A DNA stretch of 58,424 nt, the filler included, from Platydemus manokwari (lineage: Eukaryota): NCBI GenBank assembly GCA_037951405.1. It is 5 parts of 5 records of this genome, joined end to end, with 100 filler letters (N's around TTAATTAATTAA, not from the genome) between each part and the next. Parts side by side here need not be neighbours in the genome. Positions count along the whole stretch, not along the records: positions 28,291 to 38,038 come from JBBMOY011210321.1; positions 38,139 to 48,174 come from JBBMOY011176100.1; positions 48,275 to 58,424 come from JBBMOY011163213.1; 2 more parts are not named here. The stretch is one strand, 5' to 3'. The position numbers and the translations under genes were made by a program. The notes under the pieces are model-generated. The model was given only the letters and a program-made list of their open reading frames with translations. It was not told where the DNA came from and ran no database searches. Shown piece by piece: positions 37,451 to 50,752 of this stretch (positions are counted from its first letter, which is position 1; every line of letters begins with the position of its first letter).

Positions 37451-40384
37451 GTCGGTTTATACAGCAAATTGTTTTCCTATTTTTTTGGTTATCTTATATA
37501 ATCATTTTAAAATTCTGAGCATATCTTCCTAAACGTTGATATTGATATTCACATTAAGATTTTTCTTGTAAATCAGATTGTATGGTGATGCGGATTTCGA
37601 AAGATTGAGAGTCGATACCAACGCACAATAACAGTGATCCAAAGAACTCATCACTGGAATATAATAATACATAGTTTATTCGTTGATGCTATACAAGTCA
37701 TAATGAAATGAGTTTCGGATCTAATGTTAGTTTTGAATTTTTTGTTCTTCAATTTCGAATACAATTTTGTATAGTGTAAAAGGAAATTTAAATTATAATC
37801 CAATAGAGATGAACTATTTTGGACTGATTATCATTTTAGTGTGTATATTTTCACCTGTAAAAATAAGACATTGGAATTATATTTTTAAAGATTGACACAA
37901 GATTTGTCTCGATTGAGAGGAGACGGTATTTCTAGAGTGACTCAACTGGAATTCAAAGATGTACATATTTACGCGGCAATGTTCTATATTTATCCAATCT
38001 ACATCTGTTATAAATTACGAAATTCACCGAACCGAAGCNNNNNNNNNNNNNNNNNNNNNNNNNNNNNNNNNNNNNNNNNNNNTTAATTAATTAANNNNNN
38101 NNNNNNNNNNNNNNNNNNNNNNNNNNNNNNNNNNNNNNTAACATTTTTAAAACATTTCAAAACTTTTTAAAACATTTTATATAAAAATATTAAATTTCAA
38201 AATGTTTTAAAAGTTATTTTTTAATTATTTTAATTAATCCTCACAATCACCATAATAAATTTCTATTCTTTCATCACATTCAACCCGTTGCTCAGTAAAA
38301 ACAAAATACATTTCTTACTTATTAGTTCAAACTGGCAATAGGTTATCTTTGCGTAGTCATTTATACTCAGAGTTTGGATGTGTTTAATCTGGTAAACCTT
38401 TATGCTATGTTTTCCAACTGGATATATAGATAATAAATGCATGCACAAGTAAAGTTAATGCAAGTAAAGATAACTGCATCGATTTGTTTACTAAAATCTT
38501 GTTGTTTATGACCCTTATATAAAAACTGAGATAGAGAACTCAAACTGTTGAGTTGGACACAAACAGCAAAATAACATCCTACACAATCCAACACCATTTT
38601 TATAGCTACTCTTTAAATTGCAAAATGCGGGAATTCTTTCAATTTGAATGTTGGCAATCCCTTGGATCAATTGAAAATATATTATCAAAATGTACCGATG
38701 CTAGGTAAGGAAAGAGCATTATCAATATAGTTTGTCAGTTCCTCCTTTAAATTTGAAGCTTCCATTTGTAAGTACTAATCAACAGTTCTGACTTTAAAAT
38801 TGAAATCATTGCTTTATCCTGTTCCTTATTACAAAAATATCGAATTACATTGCCTCCGTAATATTTAGTGGATCCATATTTGAGTTTTTTCACAAACCAT
38901 TCAAAACAAAGAGGAAACCAACCATTATAAACTCTTTTCACAAAAGGAAGAGTAAAATATTAACTAATTTATACCATGGCTAAATATTCATCCTCCTGAT
39001 TAAAATTATTTGTAACGCAATATCGGATATAAATTTTAATATTATATTTCTTGCATTACTATTGCGAAATTATTTTGTCACACGCTTGTAGAAATATGGG
39101 TTCACAAAATATTCTGTGTTTAACATTGCATCTTATCAAATTTTAATGGTTTAATGAGAATATTTTCTACCGAAACAATGGATGATCGACTAATAAGCTA
39201 GAGAATCACTGCTGTAAAAGATATCTTCACTTTCTCTTGGGATTTCTTTCATTATTGAAGGACATGTTAATCTGAGGCTTGAGAACATTGAAGACACGTT
39301 GTGAAAATGATTTAAAAGTTATAACACGATATATAACGAAAGAAATATTCCATATTAAAGTATGTATTTCTAGATAATTTATCCTTCATAAATATAATCG
39401 AAATTAGGTGAAATTATAAGTTAATATATTTACCCCGCACAATTTTCTTTCAAGTTATACATATTTCCGATCAAGCAAAATTGTTATTAAGACCTTCCAT
39501 TCCGTTGTAAGAATAGAATTTGTTATTTCTTAAGATAATCACTTATATTATGGTAATTAATTGTATTTTATTTATTTCTTCTCTGATACGTATCTAGTCA
39601 TACTTTACCTCAATGATACTTCAACACATCTTATTTTATAATTATGTATTTTCGTTCATGGAATAATAAACAATATCAATGTTAATTTTGTATGATCTTA
39701 CTAATTGCAACCATTTTTCTTTTTTGCATTCACAGCGATAATAATGAGAAAAATGAAACTAATGATTGTAAGAATTGTGAAAAGAATTGTGTTGAAAATC
39801 ATAATAATAATTCAATGAAATATTAATAATAAAAAATAATACTGATAATAGAAACGTTGATAACATTTTATAAGCGATGTTATTATATAACTTCTATTTA
39901 TAAGATTGCGATCATGTGGATTTTTAAGCTCAGCTATTAGGGTTTCCAAACATGAGTTCCTAGAAGCTTTAGTTTTAATAATTTAAATTTCGTTTATTAA
40001 TATATAAATGTCTTACATCAAACTTTTTAAAAGTGACATCGAATTGTCGAAATTTAAGAAACATATCGATAAAATAAATAATAATTAATTAGCATAATGA
40101 ACTTATAAAATGATATTCTATTTTAAATCTCAAATACTTTCGTTTTATAATTTTATGGTGATAAATTTAATTCATTAATATAAATATATATTTTATCAAT
40201 ATATTTTATCGATTTTTCATGAGATATAAAGTTTGACTAGTTTTGAAAATGATACTGCAATTTCGCATTTTTAGGTAATTTTTTATTTTTGATCATTTTT
40301 TGATTATTATTGCTTTTCAAATTATTAAAATGTTTTATTTTATTACAAATTTTTTAATGTACTCTTTTTTATTATAATTTTTAC

Positions 40385-40689
40385 GGCTAAGGTATAGACT
40401 ACTCTGAACATTGTTTTATCAAACTATTTTTACATTGTTACCATGGTTGCCAAGGTTATTTGTTATTAAAAAAATAATTTTTACCAAAAATTTTTATTAA
40501 AAAAATAATTTTTACCAAAATTTTTTTTACCATATTCCTGCGCCTTTGCTATTAATTGCATGTCAGGGAAACGTTCTCTCGAAATCATTTGTTAAATATT
40601 CATTTATATTCATATTCATAATATGTAGGTCAACTTTTAGATTAAATTAGTTTGATAAAACAATGTTCAGAGTAGTCTATACCTTAGCC
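40385..40689. mobile_element. MITE with perfect 42-bp TIRs and an internal 29-bp tandem duplication
   Basis: ggctaaggtatagactactctgaacattgttttatcaaacta (40385-40426) and its exact reverse complement (40648-40689); ttattaaaaaaataatttttaccaaaa x2 at ~40463-40520. Confidence 0.92.
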
Positions 40690-43524
40690 AGTTTCTTTTA
40701 TTATATATTTAATAATACAAATGAAAGAACAAAGAGAATGAGTGTATATGAAATGAACTGAAAAACAAAAATGAATAAGGAAAATGAAAAATTTGGTAAA
40801 GAGGAGAAAAATGGAAAAGAGAGAAAGGTAGAAATCATTAATAAAAAGTATGGTAATATAATTTTTGAGTACGGTGCTGGAGATGATTTATATTTCAAAT
40901 TAGACGTATTTTATTCTGATGTTCCTTTTTAGCTATTTTCTGAACCGACTTGATATTCTAAAATAAATCATGAAAGTTTATTGAATTTCTGTTGTACAGT
41001 GTGATTCATAAGTCTCCGCCTGTAAAAAAATTTTTTACAATATATCACAATGTATTCGGTAGAAATTTTTTTATAAATTTTTGTTTTTATAAAAATCTTT
41101 TGAAATATTGTACTTTTCAAAATTAATTTTTTAAATAATTTAAAAATAAAATTAAAGATATTCATCTAATTAATTTTATCATAAATTGAAAAGTAAAATC
41201 ATTATTAAAATTGATAATTCTAAATATTTTTAATAGATTATCCAATAAATTAATATTAATTCTATCCAATAATTCACAATATCAGTAAAACTAAAACATT
41301 ACAAATAAATAACTAATTCACCTAATTTTTCTCTCCATAAATCATTTTGATTGCTTGTGATGTGATTTAAATTTTATTGTCTAACAACAAATCCTTTCTA
41401 TTTCTGAGCACGTAACGAATCATCTCACTTTTGTGAAACATATCCAACATAATTAACTGTTCTTATAATAAAGTACCATAACCCAAGTATGTGGTTTATA
41501 TCGGTTAAGATACAATAAGGCGTGTTCTAATTTTTCTACTTATTAACATTGGCATTGATTAATGAAATATTCGAATAATCCAATTATTCAAGAATTTTAC
41601 GGTGTTCTAGCTTAGTTTGATAAGTTGACCAATTAGATTGATTAGTTTTTCTCTTGTTTCTATACAGTTATTTTTATCCTTTGTACTTTTGGACAGACTT
41701 TGACCCTTTTGGTAGACAACTTGTTCAAACTTCTCCTGGGCAGACTTCACTAAACATTCAGTTCATTGGGTGGAAGCCTTTGTTGATTGATATAAACAAA
41801 ATTGAGCAAAAACACTGCGAAACTTTAAAATTATATTATTTAAAATTTATCAAAATATTATCAGAATTTTGTCATTGTCGTGGACAATTTTATTGGTTAT
41901 TGTTATTGTTGTCTACATGTAGCTTTTTAGCAATAAAATTTCATATTGCAAATAAATTTCTTTGTTGATTGAAATATTAGTAATGATTATATTATTGTCT
42001 GTCAACCCTCAACATCTTTTTATATAATCGGTAGAGGCAGTATTAATTGAGAAACAGAAACTGATCAAAGAAAGAACTAATTTATCCACTCCTGTAATCA
42101 TGATATTATGAATATAGAGTGCGAAGAAAGATAAAAACCAAGACTAGTACGCCTTTCGATATTTGACAAATCGGCTAAAGTTAAAATTAAATTTTCAATT
42201 TAATCGAGTCCATTGCAAAAATTTATATAGTTTATTTAATTATATTCTTTAAAAACAATTTGAATTCTGTATTTAAATGCTTAAGAAGAATTTTAGTGGT
42301 TTGAAATTAAATATTAAATACACTAGAGCTTCAAAATCTCCTAAAATTTTATTATTTAAAAATTAGATCAAAGCAGGTTACATTGCAAATTAGTGACGAC
42401 TTCTTTTTAACATTAGAAGCAATTTGAGAGTTGCTTTCAATTTTTGCAATTATTTTATTAAAATAAGCAATGATATTATTAAACATCTTTGTAGCTAGCT
42501 AATTTCATTTATAATTTTAAAAAAATTAATTTTGAAACTCAAATAATCATATTATAATTTAGGAACTTGGTCTTAAGACTGTTTTGTGAGTCTTAAACAT
42601 CCTAAAAAGTTATATATTAACTGAATTATACGAATAAATTAAAAAACCGCAATTATTAGGTTGTAAAATTATCTTATGCGCGAAATTTCATTATTACGAA
42701 AGTAGGTAAAAGGACCCTTTTTATTAACTTAAGCCGAAAATTAAATCATAACCTCATATGTGATAGCATTTGAAGTTCATCCATTATGTAGAATTCTGTA
42801 AAAGTAATAAATATTTCTGAATTGGTCCTGAATTTTACTATTTATAAAGCGAGCGATTTTAAATTTACGAAAAATCCATATTTTATTTGATTTAATTATT
42901 GCAGTACAAGTAATCGAGTATAATAATATGAATTTAGATCTGTCTCGCTTTAGGACATTCTCTTATATCAATAACGTTTAAAGAGTACCAAAAATGTAAT
43001 GATGGAAATTATAAAAGAAATGAACAATTTTAAAATATATAATTGATAATAATAATAATAATGATTGTGTCAAACACTCCATTATCACATAAGTATTATT
43101 TATAAGACAATAATTCAGCTTAATATCTGATGTATCAATATATACATTTCGGAATAATGTTTTAAAGACTAAGGCCTAAATATAATATTATTATTAATAA
43201 TAATGGAGTTTTTGGTGTTATTATTCTAACATTATTAATAATAATGATAAAAGCGGCAATATGATCTTTTCTTTGTCGATCCAACTTTGAAGACCACCTG
43301 ATTATTATTATACTTAAATATCATTTACAGTCACAAACACATATATAACATCAAAAATTATGTATTTAATGTTATCCAATTAATTATTTGATTTGTTATA
43401 ATTTATCGTAACGTTAGTACTGTGATAAAAGAGTTTTATTAAACGAATAATATATCGAATAAATTCTCCCCGTAAATTTATTTTAAAACGTTCTCCAATT
43501 AAACAAGATCGATAACTCTATCGA

Positions 43525-43983
43525 ATGGTAATATCATTTGACGGACAAATAACTATCTAGGAATGTGAACCACCGGAATTTGAAGACTTATCTGACGAGA
43601 ATATCATTACTGATAATTCACCAATTGAATCAGTTATTTCCGAACACCAAATCAATACGAAATTAAACGTCAAGAAAATCAAAGGCCGAACAACATACAC
43701 ATGTCCTAAATGCCCGAAACTCATCAATTCAAGTTATGCTGTCAAGCATTTAATAAATCAGCATCATCTGACACTGGTTGAAGCTAAAAACATAACGTCA
43801 CATTATCGAAAAGCTTCGAAAAATAATTACCCGATCAATTTCAACAATAATCATGGGAAAAATGCTCAGAAACATTCTCAAAGAAACCACAAATTCTATC
43901 AAAATCGCCCAAACGACGAATCGACGAGCTTTGAAAACTTGAAAGGAGAAGATTTTACGAAAGATGTTGGTAATATGAGATGA
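43525..43983 (+). CDS. Single C2H2 zinc-finger protein (141 aa) with ATG-only first coding exon
   Basis: ATG (43525-27) | 33-nt GT-AG intron (43528-43560) | 140 open codons ECEPPEFEDLSDE...YTCPKCPKLINSSYAVKHLINQHHLTLVEAK...MR*; missed by the ORF track. Confidence 0.7.
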
Positions 43984-46479
43984 AGCTCAATTTCGTTACG
44001 GGAACCACTTTTCATAAATAAACTGCCGCTCTCTCTCTTTTAAATGCATTATATATTGAATGGTTTTGATTTGTCAAAAATGATTGTATGGTGATTTATT
44101 ATATTGATTTTATGTTTATATTGTTTGACTGACACCATGATTTCGATAATTGAATTGAGTTGATACCTCAGATTTTTGCTTGCATTATTTTTATCCACAC
44201 TTCTATCTCTCTATGGAATCAGGCATTTTTCGTCCGATAATATTTTATTTTCTCAGTCTCAGTTATATTTGTATATATAAAAAATCTGAAGAATAATTAT
44301 GTTTTGAAATGTTTTAATTGGTTATATATTTTCATTGTTATCTCATTGGATGTTACCAGATGTATTGATTTTTATTGTAAAATTATTTTCCTTGTGATGA
44401 AAATAATCGCATTGGAATTATACCGTAAATTGTATTGTATTACTTGAAATAAAAAAATTTGTACAATTTTTTGATTAGAAATTAATGAATCAAATAATAA
44501 TTTCATTTATATCATAAACACAAGCAAATAAACTTTTAGGTATTACAAAATTGTGATTGTCTTGTAGTTGATTCTATTATTGGGTTTTTCATTCAGATGT
44601 TGGCTAACTTTATTTTTTGTTTTTATTAATCGGATCATAAAGGCGACGTATTGAACTTGTTAGTTATTTATTCCTTGTGCACTAATTCATTGATACCCAT
44701 GGATTTGTTGCATGAAGGATAATATAAAAAATGAAATTTTTTAGTTCGTTTAAAGTAACAACTAATGTCAATGTTTATCACGCGTGACCAATTGATTGTA
44801 TAACATTTATTATTTTGATAACAAATCTATCGAAATGAACTAAGTTTTATACAAATAATCGCCATGAATCAGTATGATCAAATCGATTATCATGATACGT
44901 TTTAGGGTCAATGGTTTTCATTTTATTTAATAGATTTCTATTATATTACTAAATGCTCTATCCTCGTATTATATCAGTATCGAGAGCTCTAAGTAATACT
45001 AATAATGTTTTAACCTTAATTTTGATTTTTCTCTACCTCAAAGTTCAACAATTTATAAGAAGACAAGGTAAACGGTGTAGTCTAACACATTTACAATCGA
45101 TTTTATTCCTAATAACCTTTGCAGGACTAATGGTTTTACTTGAATTATTCGAACTGCATTCAATTTTATTATCAGTCCCAACTTTACAATTTATTTTAAA
45201 GCAAACTTTTACCACTAAAAAGGTGATGCAATGATAACGAATGCTGGTTTTCCTAAATACAGTGAAATGATGTCTCAAAGATTTTATCAAGAACAACAAC
45301 TTTTGTTTGATAAAAATATATTTCATACGATAAATACACTGTCGTTTCAAAATATAACCCAAAATAGATAATCATTTTACAATTAACGCTAAAAATCTGA
45401 CCAAATAATAATAAAACCATATTTTATATTTTAATTAATTGAATAGCTTCCATAAACTTTCCTTTGCTATTTTAACTAACTTTCAATAAATAAAATTGAT
45501 GTGGTTTTGGTTTGTGGTTTTTTGTTTTAATTATCATTCTCCAAATTTATACTTATTTTGGGATAGATAAATTTTATCTAATCAGCCTCACGTAGTTCTT
45601 AATCAAACCAAAGGTACAATTCTAAACCTTATAGTCTTCGATTATTTGCCTTTATTAATATTATTTTCAATTATGTTTATCTAAGGGAAGAGAAAAAATA
45701 TTGTTGGTAAAGAAATAAATTAAAAATAAAATAAATACAAAAAATAATAAAGAAATAAATTAAAATAAATAGATACAAGAAATAAATAGTTAACAAAGAT
45801 AAGTTAATAAATAAGAAAATTACAGAAGTGAATAATAAATGAATGCAAAGAATACATCTAATTAAAACGGATCGTCAGTATAAATAGTTGATTAAAAGAT
45901 GATCAACACCACCACACACTACAACTACTATAACAAGGCGAATATTTTGGAACACATACTTCGTGAGCTATAACGGAAGGTCTTAGCCAAATTCATCACG
46001 TAATTTTTTCAATAAATTTATATATAGCAATTCATCTTTTTAATCTTGCATAGTGACTTTAAAAATTCGATAATCATTGATAAGCAATATTTAAATTTAA
46101 TTTACTTTAGTAATAACGAATAAACGCTGTACTTAGTCAAATAACATAATATTATTAACATTTGATAAAAATTTAAGAACTTTAGATAAGAAATTATTAT
46201 ATTCCGGTAGTGTAGTCATCAATACTCACTATGGAGGCCCCTTATGATCAGTTGAAAATCAAAATTAAACAAACAAATATTTAATAAACAGTTGAATAGA
46301 TAATTATATTGTTGAAAAGGTAATTATAGTCAAATTCAGAGTTACATGAACATTTATAAGGATTTAAAATTTTTCTTCTTTTCTGAACTCATTACGAATA
46401 TTAACTTTGAAAATTGGTCAAATAAAACAATTTTTTTTGAAAAAGTAATGTTTGACAAATGAAATGTCACATATGAGAT

Positions 46480-46750
46480 TTGGATTGGGTTTCTGGCCAC
46501 TGGACCTACCAGGCAGAGATGATATAGATAAAAGATTTCAATTTTGCAGAAGACATGATACTACGACAGTGCATGTACAAATATTGATTGATTCCAGTTA
46601 TGAAAATCTATAGGCCCAATTGAAATCAGAGATAAAACATCTAATAAAAATTTACCACAAAACCACATCCAAACTAGGAGTATAAATGACGAGCTAAAGA
46701 TAGCCTATAACCATTTGAAGCCAATGAAAAAAGAGGACGTTGTTACGTTG
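46480..46750 (+). pseudogene. Degraded reverse-transcriptase fragment
   Basis: GFWPLDLPGRDDIDKRFQF resembles the gypsy RT motif GYWQxxLxxxDxxKTAF. Confidence 0.3.
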
Positions 46751-47098
46751 ATTTTGTTGATGATTTTGGATTCTAATTGCTAATTAACATTACAACATCT
46801 AAGCTTTTAAATATAAAGAAATTTTGAGAATATAATTAAGAAGTAATTTAAAGAATCGAAGTGAAGTGAGGTATACATTAAATGCAGAGAAAATGTTTAT
46901 CTAAATGTTATTATTTACGGTGAATTAATATAGATATCAGCTTAAATATTTATCATTATTAAATTGTTTGTTTATTTCTTAATAAATAATTTTATATTTT
47001 GTTTTTTATTAATTTTAACCAATAGAATTAAAATAAAATCAGAATTATTAATTTATTGCCTTCATTTGTTAATTTGTTAATAGATTAATTCAAAAAAA

Positions 47099-47968
47099 AT
47101 GTCCAACATTAAATTATTTCACAGACCTGATGATAATATTTCATATTTCAATGAAAATTATTTCATTCAAAAGTGGTTACAAAACAAACCATTCGGTAAT
47201 CAAGTAGTTGAAGCAATGAATCGATTTGATAACAATCAACCGATTATTGTCAAACTTATGTCAATGAATTCTCTTATTTATGTCTCTCGTTTCAATTTGT
47301 GTGTGAATAAAGAATTTTTCTTTCTTCATATTTTGAAAGACACAAATTTCTGTCCACAAATCCAAGAATATTTACAAAGTTCTTCAAGTTGTCATATTAT
47401 CATGGATAAATTATCCGATGAGTGGGTTAATTTTCAAGAAATCATTTTTGATATCGATAACAAACAAGTGATAAAGACATTGTTAAGAAATATAATCCAC
47501 ATTGTTATAGAAATGAATAGTTTGGGAGTTTTTTATATGGATATCAAACCAGCAAATTTAATGGTCAATATCGAAACTCTAGAAGTAAAATTTATTGATT
47601 TTGAAGATGCAATATATGATTTGAATAATCCATATCCATCTAGTTCAGGTTTGAAAGGAACATTAGGATTCACTGGTCCGGAAATACATACAGATCAATC
47701 GTATGATGTAAGAAAGTTTCAAGTATTCAATATTGGATGTTTGATATATTTTTGTATAGAGAAGAGATGTCCTTTCAAGACTATAAAAGAAACCAAAGAA
47801 TTAAATGTGAAATTCTCTCGGATAAGATCCGAGGAAGCCATTCATTTAATTAAATGGTGTTTAGAACGCGATGCTTTGAATCGACCGGATATAGAAGAAA
47901 TTTATGAAAGTTCTTTTCTAAACAATTATACGGAAGATAATCAGAAGATGACATGTCAAATATTATGA
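47099..47968 (+). CDS. Ser/Thr protein kinase, PIM/CAMK-like, atypical motifs, intronless
   Basis: IIVKLM (beta3 Lys), YMDIKPANLMV catalytic loop, FIDFE, GTLGFTGPE, VFNIGCLIY, LIKWCLERDALNRPDIEEI. Confidence 0.9.
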   Translation: MSNIKLFHRPDDNISYFNENYFIQKWLQNKPFGNQVVEAMNRFDNNQPIIVKLMSMNSLIYVSRFNLCVNKEFFFLHILKDTNFCPQIQEYLQSSSSCHIIMDKLSDEWVNFQEIIFDIDNKQVIKTLLRNIIHIVIEMNSLGVFYMDIKPANLMVNIETLEVKFIDFEDAIYDLNNPYPSSSGLKGTLGFTGPEIHTDQSYDVRKFQVFNIGCLIYFCIEKRCPFKTIKETKELNVKFSRIRSEEAIHLIKWCLERDALNRPDIEEIYESSFLNNYTEDNQKMTCQIL

Positions 47969-49368
47969 AAAGGAAAAATTACAAAATAAACTTTTAATAT
48001 TTTGGAAACCNNNNNNNNNNNNNNNNNNNNNNNNNNNNNNNNNNNNNNNNNNNNNNNNNNNNNNNNNNNNNNNNNNNNNNNNNNNNNNNNNNNNNNNNNN
48101 NNNNNNNNNNNNNNNNNNNNNNNNNNNNNNNNNNNNNNNNNNNNNNNNNNNNNNNNNNAAAAATACAATAATTTNNNNNNNNNNNNNNNNNNNNNNNNNN
48201 NNNNNNNNNNNNNNNNNNTTAATTAATTAANNNNNNNNNNNNNNNNNNNNNNNNNNNNNNNNNNNNNNNNNNNNGTAACTTCCGATGGACATTACTTTGG
48301 ATAACAGAATTGTACAAGATTTTCTTTAATAAACACTCAATTGTTCTAAAATAATTCCGGTTTTTAAGTTATAGACCCAATACCTAATATAAATTTAAAA
48401 TTGATTTTATGCACATCCTTCAATCGAAGTTCATTTCTAATGCGTGCTTTATTCAAAAGTTGTAAAATATTCTCTATCGTCTGGCGATAGTGGAAAGATT
48501 CGGCTTTAATATATTGATGAATGAGAGTTCAGTATCATTTGACTTTTTAAAGCAATCTGGATCAGTTTTCCAGAATATATTCAAACAATTAAAACTCTTC
48601 TCTTTACAAAGTTAAAAGCTAGCTCAAATTCAGAATCTATTTTTGTTTTGTGTTATTTAAAAAATATACCGCATTTTGATTCTAATTGTTTACCTTTAAA
48701 ATTTTAATAATATTTTAAATATTGATTGATAAACCTGTAAGCTGACTATCTGGCACTTATAATATTTGCATTTTAACTATATATTTTTTTTAATTATAAA
48801 ACACAAAAATTAACAATAATCGATATATTCACTGTTATATTGATTTTAAAATATTTTATAAGAAAATTATATTCCACACATGTTCGTTATTTTTTAAAAC
48901 TTTCTCATACATTAACGCCACCGAAGAGAATATTAACAGTCAGCTTTTAGTTTCAAATTGATTGGTTCTCATTGGTTCTCAAATATTAAAATTCTGAACA
49001 ACGTCACACCCTTTCCCGGAAATGGGACAAGAAATATCTCTTTTTATCTCCTATGCATTTAATGTAAAAATAAATTAATATTTTAATAGTATTTATATTA
49101 TATCGGATAATTTATATTAATAACAAAATCAGATTGATTGTCACAGAACCAAATTAATAATAAATTAACTTTTTAATTATGATTATATTTTTTGGATTAT
49201 TTACTTAAATAACAAAATCAAATTTATTGCTACAGAATCCATTTATTAATAAAGCACAATAATCGATAACACTAAATTCAGATAACAAACATCTCAAACT
49301 AACTAAATTTTAAAGAATGTAATGATTTAATAGACAAATCTAAGATTTCCATCACAATTCATAAAATT

Positions 49369-50262
49369 CTAAATGTTTGTCACAGGTTCAATTGATAAAT
49401 CTCGCACGAAAATCTTTCGTTTCAAATATTTGCTATTCATGATAAAAATAAGCCCATTCGATAAAACATTAATGGTGCACATGTATCGATATACCAGTGG
49501 ATAAGGTGCCGATGGATATAATAAATTATAGAAATGAGGTGCAAATGTTGAAGTATACACAATGCTTGTCAAGAATGATGTCATACTGACTTTCATTACG
49601 ATGTTAATATTCTTTGTTGCATTGCTACTTGGTGATTTGTAAATTTTAAAGATAAAAATACAAATCAACACAATATAAGCTATTAGATTTGTTATCATCA
49701 GCATACAAAGTTCCGATAAATAATAGCTGTTGTAAAAATTATTGATTAACTTTCGTTCAGGATTTGATAATAATGCAGGGAACATCATTATAATTTTATG
49801 AGCTGCTTCTATTGGTAATATTATGCCAAAAAATAGTAAAATATAGATTTTTATAATGAGAGATTTGTTCCACTTGATCGTCAAAGGTTTTAATATTGCC
49901 ATGAGTCTATCAATTGCTAAAAAAATAAATATAATAAATTCCGAAAGAAGTAAACAATTATCTGTTTCAAACAATACAGCTGTAAAATCAATACTGGCAT
50001 GTGGCATACAAATGGCACGAATCCACATAAACACACAAATAATTAAATCTGTAGCTGTCAATATTTTCATAATTGTTTCATACGTTACTCTTTTTCCTAA
50101 AACATGAACAGGATATCTGTGATATTGAAAAAGCAAAGCTCCATTTAATAACAATCCAATAGCATAGATTGGATAATAGGCCAATAAAAAATTAATTATT
50201 TCAAAGTGTCGCTCGATAATTTTCGATGTATTTGTTTTATTCATTTTAATAAATTTAGACAT
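49369..50262 (-). CDS. Rhodopsin-family-like 7TM GPCR, intronless
   Basis: Seven hydrophobic segments; TM1 GLLLN, TM2 LTATDL, TM3 LAIDRLMAILKP, TM7 INVLSNGLIF followed by a helix-8-like SKYLKR. Confidence 0.85.
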   Translation of the reverse strand: MSKFIKMNKTNTSKIIERHFEIINFLLAYYPIYAIGLLLNGALLFQYHRYPVHVLGKRVTYETIMKILTATDLIICVFMWIRAICMPHASIDFTAVLFETDNCLLLSEFIIFIFLAIDRLMAILKPLTIKWNKSLIIKIYILLFFGIILPIEAAHKIIMMFPALLSNPERKLINNFYNSYYLSELCMLMITNLIAYIVLICIFIFKIYKSPSSNATKNINIVMKVSMTSFLTSIVYTSTFAPHFYNLLYPSAPYPLVYRYMCTINVLSNGLIFIMNSKYLKRKIFVRDLSIEPVTNI

Positions 50263-50402
50263 TAGCTTTTTGTTTTTATATCGATTGATTTATGAAGTTT
50301 TGAGTTTGTTTTATCCAATGATATTACTTGACAAATAAAAGACAAGAAAAATATATTTTTCAAATTTATGTCATCACAACTAAATCGAAACTTAGTGTTT
50401 TA

Positions 50403-50752
50403 TCTTCATTAAATTTAAATAAGATTTTAATTTATAGTTTTGTGTTTAAAACAATATAAATTTATAAATAAATTGGAATTATTTTCAAAATCTCTGGCAT
50501 ATTTATTCATTAGTTGAGATATCATTTGTTTGTGAAGGTTATTGGGGCAAGTACTAAATTGAAACTTATTGTTTTATTGATTTTCTCTTCATTAAATTTA
50601 AACAAGTTTTATCATAAATTTTAATTTATGGTTAAGTGTTATGAAACAATATCAATTTATAAATAAATTGGAATTATTTTCTAAATCTCTGGTTTATTTT
50701 TTTATTAGTTGAGATGTTATTAGGTTGTGAAGATTAATGTGGGCAAGTACTC
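50403..50752 (+). repeat. ~184-bp tandem duplication upstream of the GPCR
   Basis: tcttcattaaatttaaa...aatttataaataaattggaattattttc...attagttgagat...gggcaagtact occurs twice. Confidence 0.85.

Noticed and set aside
41341-41425. Partial resemblance to miR-315 (ttttgattg... / tttctgagca)
   Set aside because: Only the seed-length part matches and no proper precursor hairpin forms.
47956-48226. ORFs containing X runs
   Set aside because: They span assembly gaps.
49856-50107. Plus-strand 83-aa ORF
   Set aside because: Antisense shadow of the GPCR.
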